Source: a bacterium (GTDB taxonomy: Archaea > Thermoplasmatota > E2 > JACPAO01 > JAHFTW01). From it: a stretch of 64,000 nucleotides of DNA. The translations under genes were made by a program, and so were the position numbers. The notes below the pieces were generated by a model, which did no database searches, was not told the origin of the DNA, and saw only the letters and a program-made list of their open reading frames with translations. This document shows, in pieces, positions 38,988-47,957 of this stretch (its first letter is position 1; each line of letters opens with the position of its first letter). The stretch spans positions 64,001 through 128,000 of the forward strand of contig JAZJZE010000004.1 in the NCBI GenBank assembly GCA_040390065.1, given 5' to 3'.

Positions 38988-39622
38988 CACGTCAGCCTCC
39001 GGCGCGGCTTCGGGAGCCCCGAGTAGCCCAGCAGGTTGTCGAGGTAGGGGTCGCCGGTGGGGATGATGGGTTCCGGTTTGGCCCAAATGCCGTCGGGGAT
39101 GGTCATGCCCGGCCGGCGACCAGACGAGGTGGGTGCGGGGGCGTCCGTGGGTTTGTTGGCGCCCTTGAGGTTCTTGACGAGGGCCGCCAAGCCCAGGGCG
39201 CTGGCCCCGAGGCCGGCGCCGATGAGCCAACCCGGAACCTTTGCGTCGCCGCTCATCGGGGGCGGTGGGGCGGCCTGCTCGCGGACTTCGGGCGTGGGTT
39301 CTGGTGGCTGGTTTGTCGTGTCGGGTGGCGCTGCGGCGGGGAGGGGACACGGCGCAGTGGCAGGCGGAGGTTGTGGCGTCGCGTCGGGCGTGGTTGGGGC
39401 CGCGGGCGGGTCGGGCGTAGGGTTGGCTGGCGCGGGGTCGGGTCCTCGCCACCTCAAGCCGACGACGGTTGGCTTGCCGTCCGGGCCCAGGGGGTGCTTG
39501 AGATCGTGGACGCGGCGGTACTCGTCGTGCTCGGGGTCGTTGTACGTGGCGAGGTGGCCGCCGCGGCCATGGGCATCCCGAAACGTCCGGGCGCAAACGG
39601 GGCACAGGGAACTCATCAGCAA
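38984..39622 (-). CDS. C2H2-like zinc finger + Pro-rich linker + TM protein, coupled to the transposase
   Basis: CPVCARTF...GGHL...H; TM GWLIGAGLGASALGLAALV; stop overlaps the transposase start (GTGA). Confidence 0.7.
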   Translation of the reverse strand: MLMSSLCPVCARTFRDAHGRGGHLATYNDPEHDEYRRVHDLKHPLGPDGKPTVVGLRWRGPDPAPANPTPDPPAAPTTPDATPQPPPATAPCPLPAAAPPDTTNQPPEPTPEVREQAAPPPPMSGDAKVPGWLIGAGLGASALGLAALVKNLKGANKPTDAPAPTSSGRRPGMTIPDGIWAKPEPIIPTGDPYLDNLLGYSGLPKPRRRLTW

Positions 39623-39661
39623 ACTCTATGGAGCGCGGCCGTCATATGCAGGAGACAGAGG

Positions 39662-40321
39662 TTGATTGATTTGCAGAAGCGACTCTCGCGACGACCCACG
39701 AAGCGCACAAGTAAGCCTCACCCATTTAGCGTATCAAAAAGCAAGCGCCGCGGCCATTTCCTGACGCTGCGCGACCGTGCCTTGATTCTGGAGGGGCCGG
39801 AACCCCTGCGCCGGACGCCGGTGCAATACACGGGGCGGCGCGTGGACCGCGAACGCCGCGCCTATAAGCAGGCGTACCGCCGCGTGTGGCGGGAAGCCAT
39901 GCGGGACGCCCGCGGTGCCCTCATTGACTTGTCCTTCCTGGCGGAGCACGCCGAAGCGGATTGGCTGTACGACCTCGTGACGACCAACGAGCCCCTCTAC
40001 GAATTAACCGACGAGGCGGAGGGAACGAAGGACTACCGCAGCCGCGTCAACGTCATGGGCTACGACGCTGCCCCCTTGGAGGCCCTACTGCGGTCCTTGG
40101 CGGGTCGCGTGGCGTGGGAACGCTGGCCCACCGTCACGAAGGAGAAACCCGACGCGGAAGCCGTCTCGGGTCGGGGAGGCTCCTTCGTCGTCGTCCACCT
40201 CGCCGCCGCCTTGGAAGAAGGCCTCAACAGCGAGGCCGCGGCGGCGTCGCACCTCGTGCAAATCGTCAACCGCGAACCCACCCCCACAGCGTGGCCACCA
40301 AGGGCGCCCCGCCTCGCCTGA
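39662..40321 (+). CDS. Hypothetical protein
   Basis: Coding-like composition; FLTLRDRALILEG...REAMRDARGALIDLSFL; start uncertain. Confidence 0.55.
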   Translation: MIDLQKRLSRRPTKRTSKPHPFSVSKSKRRGHFLTLRDRALILEGPEPLRRTPVQYTGRRVDRERRAYKQAYRRVWREAMRDARGALIDLSFLAEHAEADWLYDLVTTNEPLYELTDEAEGTKDYRSRVNVMGYDAAPLEALLRSLAGRVAWERWPTVTKEKPDAEAVSGRGGSFVVVHLAAALEEGLNSEAAAASHLVQIVNREPTPTAWPPRAPRLA

Positions 40322-40669
40322 CGGTGCCCCCGCCCAGGCGCCCACGACGGTGCCTTCGCCCGCCTCGCTGCAAGGTCCGCGGCGGAGGATTCAGAGGATT
40401 CAGCACCCAAGCCTTCAGCACCCATCCAACAGGAAGGAAAGAGGGTGCTGAACCGTCCTGGGTGCAGAAGCCTCCCGTGACAGTTCGCGGGTGCTTGCCG
40501 GGCACCGTGGGCACCCTCCAGGGAAGGTGCCCCTGGGAAGGCGAAGCACCCTCCCCGTGAAGCGCGGGCAAGGCGGCACCGAGGCACCGCGCAGCCAGGG
40601 CGGGGCCTTGGTCGAAGGCTGCCGGTTGGCGCGCGATGCCTTGATGAAGCCAAGAAGTCCTCCAGCAGT

Positions 40670-41008
40670 GTGGCCGATCTCTTGCTGCTGGCGCTTGCCC
40701 AGGCGTTGAAGGCGGCCACGCCGGACTGGAAACCCTACGCCAGCGGGACGATGGGCAGCAGCCTGGAAATCCGCAACCATTCCGGCCTAGAAGTGCGCGT
40801 CGTGACTTCGGCCGGGCAAATCCAGGGGCCCTGGCGTTGGGACGGCGACGACCAACTCCTGGGCAACGCCGTCGCCGTTGCCGGGGATGAGGCCGCCCCC
40901 AGGATTCTCTACGCCATCCTCCAACCACTTGCCGACCAAGTACGGGTCGCCGTCGGCACCACCGCCGCAGGCGGTGCCGAATCCTTCCAGGTTTTCAAGA
41001 CCAAATAG
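40670..41008 (+). CDS. Hypothetical protein near the right transposon end
   Basis: Coding-like ORF ending just before the subterminal motifs; start uncertain. Confidence 0.45.
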   Translation: MADLLLLALAQALKAATPDWKPYASGTMGSSLEIRNHSGLEVRVVTSAGQIQGPWRWDGDDQLLGNAVAVAGDEAAPRILYAILQPLADQVRVAVGTTAAGGAESFQVFKTK

Positions 41009-41116
41009 GGCCTGCCGTAAATCGCCGGGCCCGCTCGCAGAACCAGCATTACGGGAAGCAGTCGGGGCCACCGTTTCCCTTATCTACAAAACCCGTGTCG
41101 GCGCGATTGCGCCTCT

Positions 41117-41192
41117 GGGAGATTAGCCGAGACAGGTCCAAGGCAGCGGACTCTTAATCCGCCATTCACCGGTTCGAATCCGGTATCTCCCG
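41117..41192 (+). tRNA. tRNA-Lys(CTT)
   Basis: Acceptor GGGAGAT/ATCTCCC, anticodon arm GCGGA-CTCTTAA-TCCGC, T arm ACCGG-TTCGAAT-CCGGT; CCA not encoded. Confidence 0.95.
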
Positions 41193-41314
41193 CTACTTTA
41201 CCCGCAAACCCTTTTCCCCCCTCGTTGCTTTCCCACTCTAATGGGACCCAACGGGGAAATCAGGAGTAGTTTCGCCTCACCCTCGACGGGAAATGACCCC
41301 CGGGCAGGTGCCTG

Positions 41315-41869
41315 ATGGCACTCGACAAGACGCTGACGATCAAGCAGCGCCGGGTCGACATCTACCTGCCCACCTTGGACGCGAGGGGCAAGTGGATTGC
41401 GGCCGCTGCCAAGCGCAACCTGAGCCTCTCCGCGTTCGTCTTCCAAGCCATGGAGATGGAGCTCCAGAAGGACGCCCTGGAGGGCCTGGAGCGGGCCAGT
41501 GCGGCAGACTTGGAGAAGGAGCTGACTGACCTTCGCTTGGCCAATGCTGACCTGCGCCGCCGCGTCGAGGAACTGAACGTCCTGAATCACCGCGCCGAAG
41601 CCGACCTGGCGGAATACCGGGCGCAACACATCGTCGGGCCCGAGCCGGTCAAGCACCTCGACCCCCGCCTCATCAGCATCCTATCCGAAGCCAAGGGACG
41701 CGACGGCCGCTTCCGCGCCCTCGACGTGGCCGAACTGCGGCGGGAGCTGCGCCTGAACCCCAAGAACCCCACCGAATTGCAGGCCCTGTCACGCCAACTC
41801 GAGTACCTCGAGGTCCACAAAGTCGTCCGGCGCTCGCCGAAGGGGTGGGTGTGGAATGACAAGGAGTAA
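41315..41869 (+). CDS. Integrase-associated accessory protein (RHH-like N-terminus, coiled coil, wHTH-like end)
   Basis: RVDIYLP...W..AA...LSLSAFV; heptad segment; overlaps the integrase start. Confidence 0.75.
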   Translation: MALDKTLTIKQRRVDIYLPTLDARGKWIAAAAKRNLSLSAFVFQAMEMELQKDALEGLERASAADLEKELTDLRLANADLRRRVEELNVLNHRAEADLAEYRAQHIVGPEPVKHLDPRLISILSEAKGRDGRFRALDVAELRRELRLNPKNPTELQALSRQLEYLEVHKVVRRSPKGWVWNDKE

Positions 41870-42785
41870 ACCTAACGCCGGGCTCCTCGAGGCCTACGAA
41901 CGGGACGCCAAACTGCAAGGCCTCTCCGACCTGACTCTGAAGGCCTACAAGCACGGCATCGAGACCTTCCTTGGCTACCTGGGGACTAATCCAGTAGCCA
42001 AGGTCACGATCAAAGACCTGGCCGAGTACCTTGGGAACCAGAAAGACCAGAAGCTGGACCCCCGCACCCTCAGCGGCCGCATCTCGGCCCTGTCCAGTTT
42101 CTTCGAATTCCTCGAGTTCGAGGGCAAGATCAAGGGCAACCCAGTGCCCGGCTTCCGTCGGCGCTACCTTGGGACGCTCCGGCGAGAACTCGGCAAGAAG
42201 AAGTCCGACCGGAAGCTCGTCGCGGTCGAGCAACTGCGGGCAATGCTACAGACCGTGGTCGACGCACGCGACCGCTGCATCATCGGACTGCTGGCCAAGA
42301 CTGGCATGCGCCGCGACGAACTCGTGCAACTCGATGTGCGCAGCATCGACCTCACCAAACAGACCGTCGACATCAAGCCGCACCCCAAGCGGACGAACTG
42401 CCAGGTGTTCTTCGACGACGAGACTGGTCGAGTCCTGCGGAGGTGGTTGGCGGTTCGCCGAGCACGCACGGGAACGGACGCCGGACCGCTGTTCGTCGGC
42501 CAGCGAGGAAACCGCATCAATGGGGATGCGGTGAATGACGCCGTCTCAGCCGCGGCCAGGAACGTGGGCCTGCACGACCCAGAAGGACCCTTGAAGGACC
42601 GCTTCACGGCTCACAATCTGCGGCATTTTTTCACCACGCACCTTCGACGTGGCGGCATGACGCGCGAGCACATAGCGTGGCTTCGCGGCGACGCCGGCAA
42701 CGACTCGATGGACGTGTACATGCACATCGACCCAGACCAGGTTCAACAGGCGTATCGGAGCGCGATTCCGCAACTCGGGCTCTGA
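41856..42785 (+). CDS. Tyrosine recombinase/integrase (archaeal, SNJ2-like LRGD motif)
   Basis: KTGMRRDEL, HNLRH, LRGD, SMDVYMH (catalytic Y). Confidence 0.93.
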   Translation: MTRSKPNAGLLEAYERDAKLQGLSDLTLKAYKHGIETFLGYLGTNPVAKVTIKDLAEYLGNQKDQKLDPRTLSGRISALSSFFEFLEFEGKIKGNPVPGFRRRYLGTLRRELGKKKSDRKLVAVEQLRAMLQTVVDARDRCIIGLLAKTGMRRDELVQLDVRSIDLTKQTVDIKPHPKRTNCQVFFDDETGRVLRRWLAVRRARTGTDAGPLFVGQRGNRINGDAVNDAVSAAARNVGLHDPEGPLKDRFTAHNLRHFFTTHLRRGGMTREHIAWLRGDAGNDSMDVYMHIDPDQVQQAYRSAIPQLGL

Positions 42786-42800
42786 CCGCGAAGGCGCACC

Positions 42801-43748
42801 ATGACAAGGCACAACCGTTCCCGCCCACCAGCGGACGAGCCCGAATTGCCGCCCCTGGAGGTGCGCCCGCGCGAAAGCGGCCGGGAGTCGGGTGATCAAG
42901 TTCGTGCAGCCGTCTACGCAAGGACAAGCTCTCGTCGGCAGCACACTGTCCCCGTGCAGCTTGAACTGTGCCGCAAACGCTGCCTCGACCGGGGCTGGCG
43001 TGTGTCCTATGCAATCAAGGACGAAGGCCTGAGCGGTGCGAGTGCGGAAAGGCCAGGATTCCAACGTCTTCTCGACCTAGCATCAGATGCCAAGATCGAC
43101 GTCGTGGTCGTGTGGAAAATTGATCGGCTAGCGCGGAGCCTAGCCCACGCAACGAGCATTGAGGAAATCTTCCGCGAGAACGGTGTAGCCATTCACAGTT
43201 GTACTGAACCAATCGACACGACCACGGCAACGGGCCGCTTCATGTTTGGAACCCTCGCCAATGCCGCTCAACTTGAGCGGGAGATCATAGGCGAGCGCTC
43301 CCGAATGAGCCTGCAGGATCTGGCACAAAGGGGTCGTTGGGCTCGTCCTCGAATCCCTTTCGGGTATCGCCGGAGCAAAGGCAAGAACATCCGGATTCAC
43401 GACGGCGAGGCCGCGGTCGTTCGGGCCGTCTTTGAAGCGTACCTCGCCGGGCAGAGCCTCAATGAGGCGTCATTCGCCCTGAACCGCGATGGCTTTACGT
43501 TCCGAGGCAAGCCTTGGACCCAGGAACGCGTCCGAATGATCATCGACAATCGAATTTGCGTAGGAGAGTTCAATGTCTCGGGAGTGCAGAAGCACCTGCC
43601 CAAGTTGGCCATTGTACCGCGTGAACTGGCGGAATCGGTCTGGACGCTCCGCAGCGAATCCCCCCGAAGTGGAAAGGCCGCAACGCCTGACGCGCGAGAA
43701 CTGGCAATTGACTCTGTCTTCAGGCAATACCTAGCCAGCCTCGAATGA
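42801..43748 (+). CDS. Serine recombinase (resolvase + recombinase domains)
   Basis: VYARTSS, DEGLSG..AERPGF, KIDRLARS, IPFGYR. Confidence 0.92.
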   Translation: MTRHNRSRPPADEPELPPLEVRPRESGRESGDQVRAAVYARTSSRRQHTVPVQLELCRKRCLDRGWRVSYAIKDEGLSGASAERPGFQRLLDLASDAKIDVVVVWKIDRLARSLAHATSIEEIFRENGVAIHSCTEPIDTTTATGRFMFGTLANAAQLEREIIGERSRMSLQDLAQRGRWARPRIPFGYRRSKGKNIRIHDGEAAVVRAVFEAYLAGQSLNEASFALNRDGFTFRGKPWTQERVRMIIDNRICVGEFNVSGVQKHLPKLAIVPRELAESVWTLRSESPRSGKAATPDARELAIDSVFRQYLASLE

Positions 43749-45173
43749 GGCCGGAACTCCTGGCAGTTTGGATTGCGCCGGGACGCGAAGTGTTGGTTCG
43801 ATTGGTGGGCTCGCCCCAATCCGCGACGGGTGCGCCTCCTCTTGAGCCGGACGTTGGCGGTTCTTCAGGAGCTGATTCATGTGATGGCCAGGATAGAGAG
43901 TGGTGTGGGCATCCTTAGGGCGCGTGCAGATGCGGATGTCGCGCCCGCCATGGTGGGGGTCACTTGCTACCCGGAGCCGGGTCGGAAAGCCACAGATGCC
44001 TCCATGGGGCATTTGTCGCCTGCATACGGGGCCTTCCGAGACTTTTTCGGCCTCGTCAATCACGTCACGGCCATGCTCTTCTATCAACTGCGTGCGCTTG
44101 GGTTTGCGGCGTGGCTTGCGCATCAACAGCGCAGCCCCCACGAGGCGACGCAACTCTTGGACTTGGGGGCGTGTGTAGACAGCCAGATGCTGCAACCTAG
44201 CGATGCCGTCGCTCTCCCAGCCCGTGACTAGATCATCGTTCACTTCCTCTACGAGACGGTCAATGCTCAACCCCGGCGCCACGGCGCGACGTCCTCGCAC
44301 CAGGGCACGTAGCGTCTCGAGCGTCGGCTTGCCGCGCATCTGGGTCAACAGCCCTTTTGCGAATTCGTCAGCATCTGCGTGCTTCTCGAAGGCCCACGGT
44401 GGTTCGCCTTTGACGGTCCGTTGCACCGTTTCGGTCGGCGACAGACGGCGGGTCGCATAGAAGGCGGTCATGCGCTGCTGACGCGCCAGCCCCTTGCGGT
44501 GGTAGGCCTCGAAGACCTCGGTGACGCTCTTGCCCCGTTTTGTGTTCTCATTCTCTGCCGTGGCAAGGGCCCGGGTAACCTCCGCGTAGTCCCTCGGAAT
44601 GCGAACGTCCTTCAGCAGAATTCTGTCGTCGAAGTCGTCGCCGTAGCCCAGGAGCTTGCCATCGTCACGGAGGAGCCATGCAACTTGGGTACCGCAGCGC
44701 ATGCAGCGGGCAAAGCGCGTAAGGTCGGAGACAACGAGCGCCCGTACGTCCTCCAGGGCCCGCAATGCGCCGACCGCGGCCGCAAAGCCCTCCCGGCCCT
44801 TGACGAACTGCCAGCCGCGTGAGTCCGTATCCCAGGCAATGGCAAGCGGTACCATGCTTCCAGCCCGGGTGGCGCGCAAGGTCCGGCGTGTCCAGGCACT
44901 GATGGCCAACTTCTCTTCGGCGTCGATGCTCCGCCTAACGTAGCCAATCACGAAACGCTCGGGCTTGCAATCGCATTCGGTCCCGTGCCGGCCGAGAATG
45001 TGTTCGTAAGCGGCCAAGTAGCCTAGCCCTTGAGGTGCCGAAACGTCGAGTCCAAGCCAGAGGATGCCGCCCTTCTCCCCGGCGTTCACTCTCTTTTGGA
45101 CCTCCTCCGCGACCTCATCCTCCATAACTTCCCACGGTGTTTCTTTAATATGAAAAACCTTGGATTTTTCCAA
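43731..45173 (-). CDS. Divergent serine recombinase-like protein with C-terminal Cys/His cluster
   Basis: IGYVRRS, LVVSDLTRFAR, AENE; C-terminal C..ICG..ICT..H; start uncertain. Confidence 0.6.
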   Translation of the reverse strand: MEKSKVFHIKETPWEVMEDEVAEEVQKRVNAGEKGGILWLGLDVSAPQGLGYLAAYEHILGRHGTECDCKPERFVIGYVRRSIDAEEKLAISAWTRRTLRATRAGSMVPLAIAWDTDSRGWQFVKGREGFAAAVGALRALEDVRALVVSDLTRFARCMRCGTQVAWLLRDDGKLLGYGDDFDDRILLKDVRIPRDYAEVTRALATAENENTKRGKSVTEVFEAYHRKGLARQQRMTAFYATRRLSPTETVQRTVKGEPPWAFEKHADADEFAKGLLTQMRGKPTLETLRALVRGRRAVAPGLSIDRLVEEVNDDLVTGWESDGIARLQHLAVYTRPQVQELRRLVGAALLMRKPRRKPKRTQLIEEHGRDVIDEAEKVSEGPVCRRQMPHGGICGFPTRLRVASDPHHGGRDIRICTRPKDAHTTLYPGHHMNQLLKNRQRPAQEEAHPSRIGASPPIEPTLRVPAQSKLPGVPASFEAG

Positions 45174-45564
45174 GAAGTTGGCCTTCTCCCTTCTGGCCGA
45201 GAAGCCAGAGGAATTGAAGGGCGTCTACAAGGCAATCAACAGTATGGCCGCAAGTTGGGACGCCATCAAGAAGGATGTGGCCGAAACCGTCCCGCAGCCG
45301 AAGGCGAAGGCCAAACCGTTCGGAACTCCCGGCAAGAGGAGCGCCCTACTGCTTGATGACGAAGACCAAGCATCAACCGCCACCGCTGACATTTCTGCGG
45401 TGGCAGACGATCCAGCGATGCGCAAGAAGGTTGCAGACGCAACGATCGATGCCATTACTGAAGCCGAGGACAAGCGCAAAGCACAGGATAAGAAAGAAAA
45501 GCCGCTAGCCTTGCTCAAGAACGCTAACAACAATCTGGCGATTGCAAGGGCCGCTTCTTCTTGA
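45160..45564 (+). pseudogene. Probable fragment of a Lys/Ala-rich helical protein
   Basis: AT-richer, protein-like composition, weak TTG start three codons after an in-frame stop. Confidence 0.4.
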
Positions 45565-45931
45565 CTCGTCATGAACATTCGGTGGCCGTTGCAAACAAGC
45601 GATACCAGTTGCACGTTTGGATGGACATTAAGGGAGGGCCCGAACTGCTTGTGGTATCGCGTGGCGATTTGCTCCAAAACTCACCGGAGGACCGGCGCGG
45701 AAGTGCATGGCAAGATGCCGAGATTTCGATCGCCAGCTTGTACCATTCCTAGGAGGCCATGCCGACCGGGGTCAAGGGAGGTTGGCGTCGACCGTCCACG
45801 CAGGCGGGAATTTGGCCGCGCTCGAGAACCTGCAGGATACGTCTTCAGGGCCATCTTCGTGCTCGTCGGCTGGAACGTCTAACCCCCAAGGCTGCGTGGG
45901 CGGGGTCGCCGCCCACGCAACCCGTGTTTGC

Positions 45932-46087
45932 TTAGTCGCTGAGGACAGCGGCTGCGATAGCAAGGATTCCGCCGATGGCGATTGCGCCAAGGACGAATGC
46001 TCCTGTTTCGCTCGTAGTGATCCTCGTGCACAGTTTGTCGTAGCACAGGTCCACCTCGCCGAAGTGTTGGTGCGGAGTGTCTTTCAC
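45932..46087 (-). CDS. 51-aa C-terminal TM microprotein
   Basis: Strong SD AGGAGGTGA before GTG; MKDTPHQHFGEVDLCYDKLCTRITTSETGAFVLGAIAIGGILAIAAAVLSD. Confidence 0.6.
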   Translation of the reverse strand: MKDTPHQHFGEVDLCYDKLCTRITTSETGAFVLGAIAIGGILAIAAAVLSD

Positions 46088-46135
46088 GGATTCACCTCCT
46101 TCCACCGACCGGGGGAAAGGGGGTGAGGTGGGGGC

Positions 46136-46393
46136 TCATTCCTTGCCCTCCGGGTGCAGCAGGTCTGTTACGGTCTCGATTGCTGCCTTGTTGGTCTGGA
46201 GCGTGCGGAGGAGGACCGCGATGGCATGGAAGAAGTCCTTCCAGCTCAAGTCGAGGTCGTTCTTCAGCTCCGTGATTGTCTTGAGGTCCGCCGCGTAGAA
46301 TTCCACGAGAGTGCGGTGCGTCTTGTCCTTGTTGCGTGTGAACAAGGGCACGAGCGACTGAAGCTCTGGCGGCAGGGTTGTCCCGTCAGCCAT
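46136..46393 (-). CDS. 85-aa hypothetical protein
   Basis: GGAGG SD; overlaps the upstream microprotein stop. Confidence 0.6.
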   Translation of the reverse strand: MADGTTLPPELQSLVPLFTRNKDKTHRTLVEFYAADLKTITELKNDLDLSWKDFFHAIAVLLRTLQTNKAAIETVTDLLHPEGKE

Positions 46394-46508
46394 CGTTGGC
46401 CTCCATGATGGCCTTCAGCGCCAGGAGGCCTAGGGCTATGCCGCCGAACAGGATGATGGCCTTCGCCACGTCCTCGCCGTTGACGCCGGAACCTTGGGGG
46501 TTAGCCAT
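46386..46508 (-). CDS. 40-aa single-TM microprotein
   Basis: MANPQGSGVNGEDVAKAIILFGGIALGLLALKAIMEANDG*. Confidence 0.55.
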   Translation of the reverse strand: MANPQGSGVNGEDVAKAIILFGGIALGLLALKAIMEANDG

Positions 46509-46906
46509 AGTAGTACGCTGAATGTATCAGTCAGAGTATCAGATAAGGTTTGTCCTCCACGTGATCGCGATGTGTCGACCTGGCGCATTTGTGAGCTCCC
46601 CGTCTTTGCAGGGCTTTGCTTCAGGTGGAAGCGTTCACAAATCCGGCCCTCGCCTTGGCGCCGACAGGGGGAACGCGAGCCATTCACGCAGCGTTCACAC
46701 CACGAGGATTGCGGCTTCCCGTGGCTCCCCAAATACCCCACACAGTTCAGCGAGTTCGTGACCGCTGACGTCCAACTTCCCTTATGCGACTGGGCACATC
46801 CCGGTCGCGGGTTCCCCCAGCAGGCAATGGCGCGCCTCCAGCACGACCACGCGGAGGAGTGCCCGTGGGCCTAGAAAGCGCCACGCCGGGCTCGCCCCTC
46901 CTGGAC

Positions 46907-46945
46907 TTACGGGCAAACTCTAGTGACAATCCGGTCTGCCCGGCC
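46907..46945 (+). repeat. Internal att-like site 1
   Basis: TTACGGGCAAACTctagTGAC-AATCCGGT-CTGCCCGGCC; core AATCCGGT equals the first 8 nt of the tRNA-Lys att repeat. Confidence 0.8.
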
Positions 46946-47050
46946 GTCTTCCCGTAGGAAACCCCGGCCAGGGGGTTGGCATTCTTCATGCTTGAGGCCG
47001 CTCCCAGCGGGCGCGGTCGTTCCGCGCGCAAACGGCATCGTCGGGCATTC

Positions 47051-47893
47051 CTACGTTTCGTCGATTGGCCTGGCCTCGTCCCAATAGTGGAGGAACAGGT
47101 CGCGGCACCAAGCCACGAACGCCGGGTCACCCCCGACGAACGCGTTCCGGAAGTCAATCTGGCCGGCCGCACTCTCGAACTGCAAAATGGCCAGGCCGTC
47201 CGTCACGGCAATAGCGACTGGCCCCCGTTGCAGAAGCCTGGTCTTGAAGACGGGCCCGAAGCGTTTCGGGAAGGCCTTCAACACCAAGGCGAGCTCGCTT
47301 TCGAGCAGGATGGCTCGTGCATCGGCTCGGGAGGTTTTCACGCGCTCCGCGATGAGGGCGTTGAGTCGGATCTGGTCGCCAGTGGGACCTGGTGCGCCGA
47401 TGATCCATTGGCCGTAGAACCGGGAGTCAATCGTTTCCGTCAGGCGACCAAACACGGCGCCAATCTCGAACGGGTCGCTCAGAAGCTGGGCCTTGCCGAG
47501 GACGTGCAGGTTCGCTAGGAACGGTCGGGGCAGGGACTCGATCGGATGGGCCTGGAAGAAGCTGGAATGCCGCGCCAAGAATTCCAACGATTCCGCGTGC
47601 GTCAAGGCTGCGTTTGACACGCCGGCCAGGCGGAACAAGCCGTCCTGCCCCTTGGTCACCAGGCCAGACTCGACGAGCCTTGCCAGATTGCGAGAAACTT
47701 CGCTTTCCGTGCCTCCAGCGCGGTGCGCGATGTCCGTGTACCGCAGAGGGCCGTCTTGCAGGGACTGGGCAATGGCGAGCCGCCCTCTGGCGAACAGTTC
47801 TTGCGCCAGCCCGGCGGCATCGGCCAAGCGACCCGGTTCGACCGGGAGACTTCCGGAACCACCGTCGGAATCGCTCTTGAGACTCCGACGCAT
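47051..47893 (-). CDS. Archaeal ArsR-like wHTH regulator with C-terminal effector domain
   Basis: RLAIAQSL..GP..Y..IA..EVSRNLARL..GLV; FFQAH.I..LP; W..DLF.HYW. Confidence 0.8.
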   Translation of the reverse strand: MRRSLKSDSDGGSGSLPVEPGRLADAAGLAQELFARGRLAIAQSLQDGPLRYTDIAHRAGGTESEVSRNLARLVESGLVTKGQDGLFRLAGVSNAALTHAESLEFLARHSSFFQAHPIESLPRPFLANLHVLGKAQLLSDPFEIGAVFGRLTETIDSRFYGQWIIGAPGPTGDQIRLNALIAERVKTSRADARAILLESELALVLKAFPKRFGPVFKTRLLQRGPVAIAVTDGLAILQFESAAGQIDFRNAFVGGDPAFVAWCRDLFLHYWDEARPIDET

Positions 47894-47957
47894 AGGGGTT
47901 GACTGGCATCACGGTAGATGAAGGCGTCCTCGACGTCTTTTCGATGCGACGTGCACC

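Larger units (their letters stand above)
28487..41063. mobile_element. 12,577-bp cargo-carrying DDE transposon
   Basis: TIR-L GGTTGCTTCCCGTAA (28487-28501) vs reverse complement of TIR-R GACTGCTTCCCGTAA (41049-41063), 13/15; 9-bp TSD GGGGCCACC at 28478-28486 and 41064-41072; internal transposase. Confidence 0.88.

Noticed and set aside
37650-39605. 651-aa transposase with long N-terminal extension
   Set aside because: The extension is the alternate frame of the C2H2/TM gene. An SD and a GTGA overlap support a start at 38987/38990.
46907-46956. TTACGGG / CTTCCCGTA shared between transposon TIRs and island att-like sites
   Set aside because: Only 7-9 bp, flanks differ and there is no TSD; cannot be distinguished from chance.
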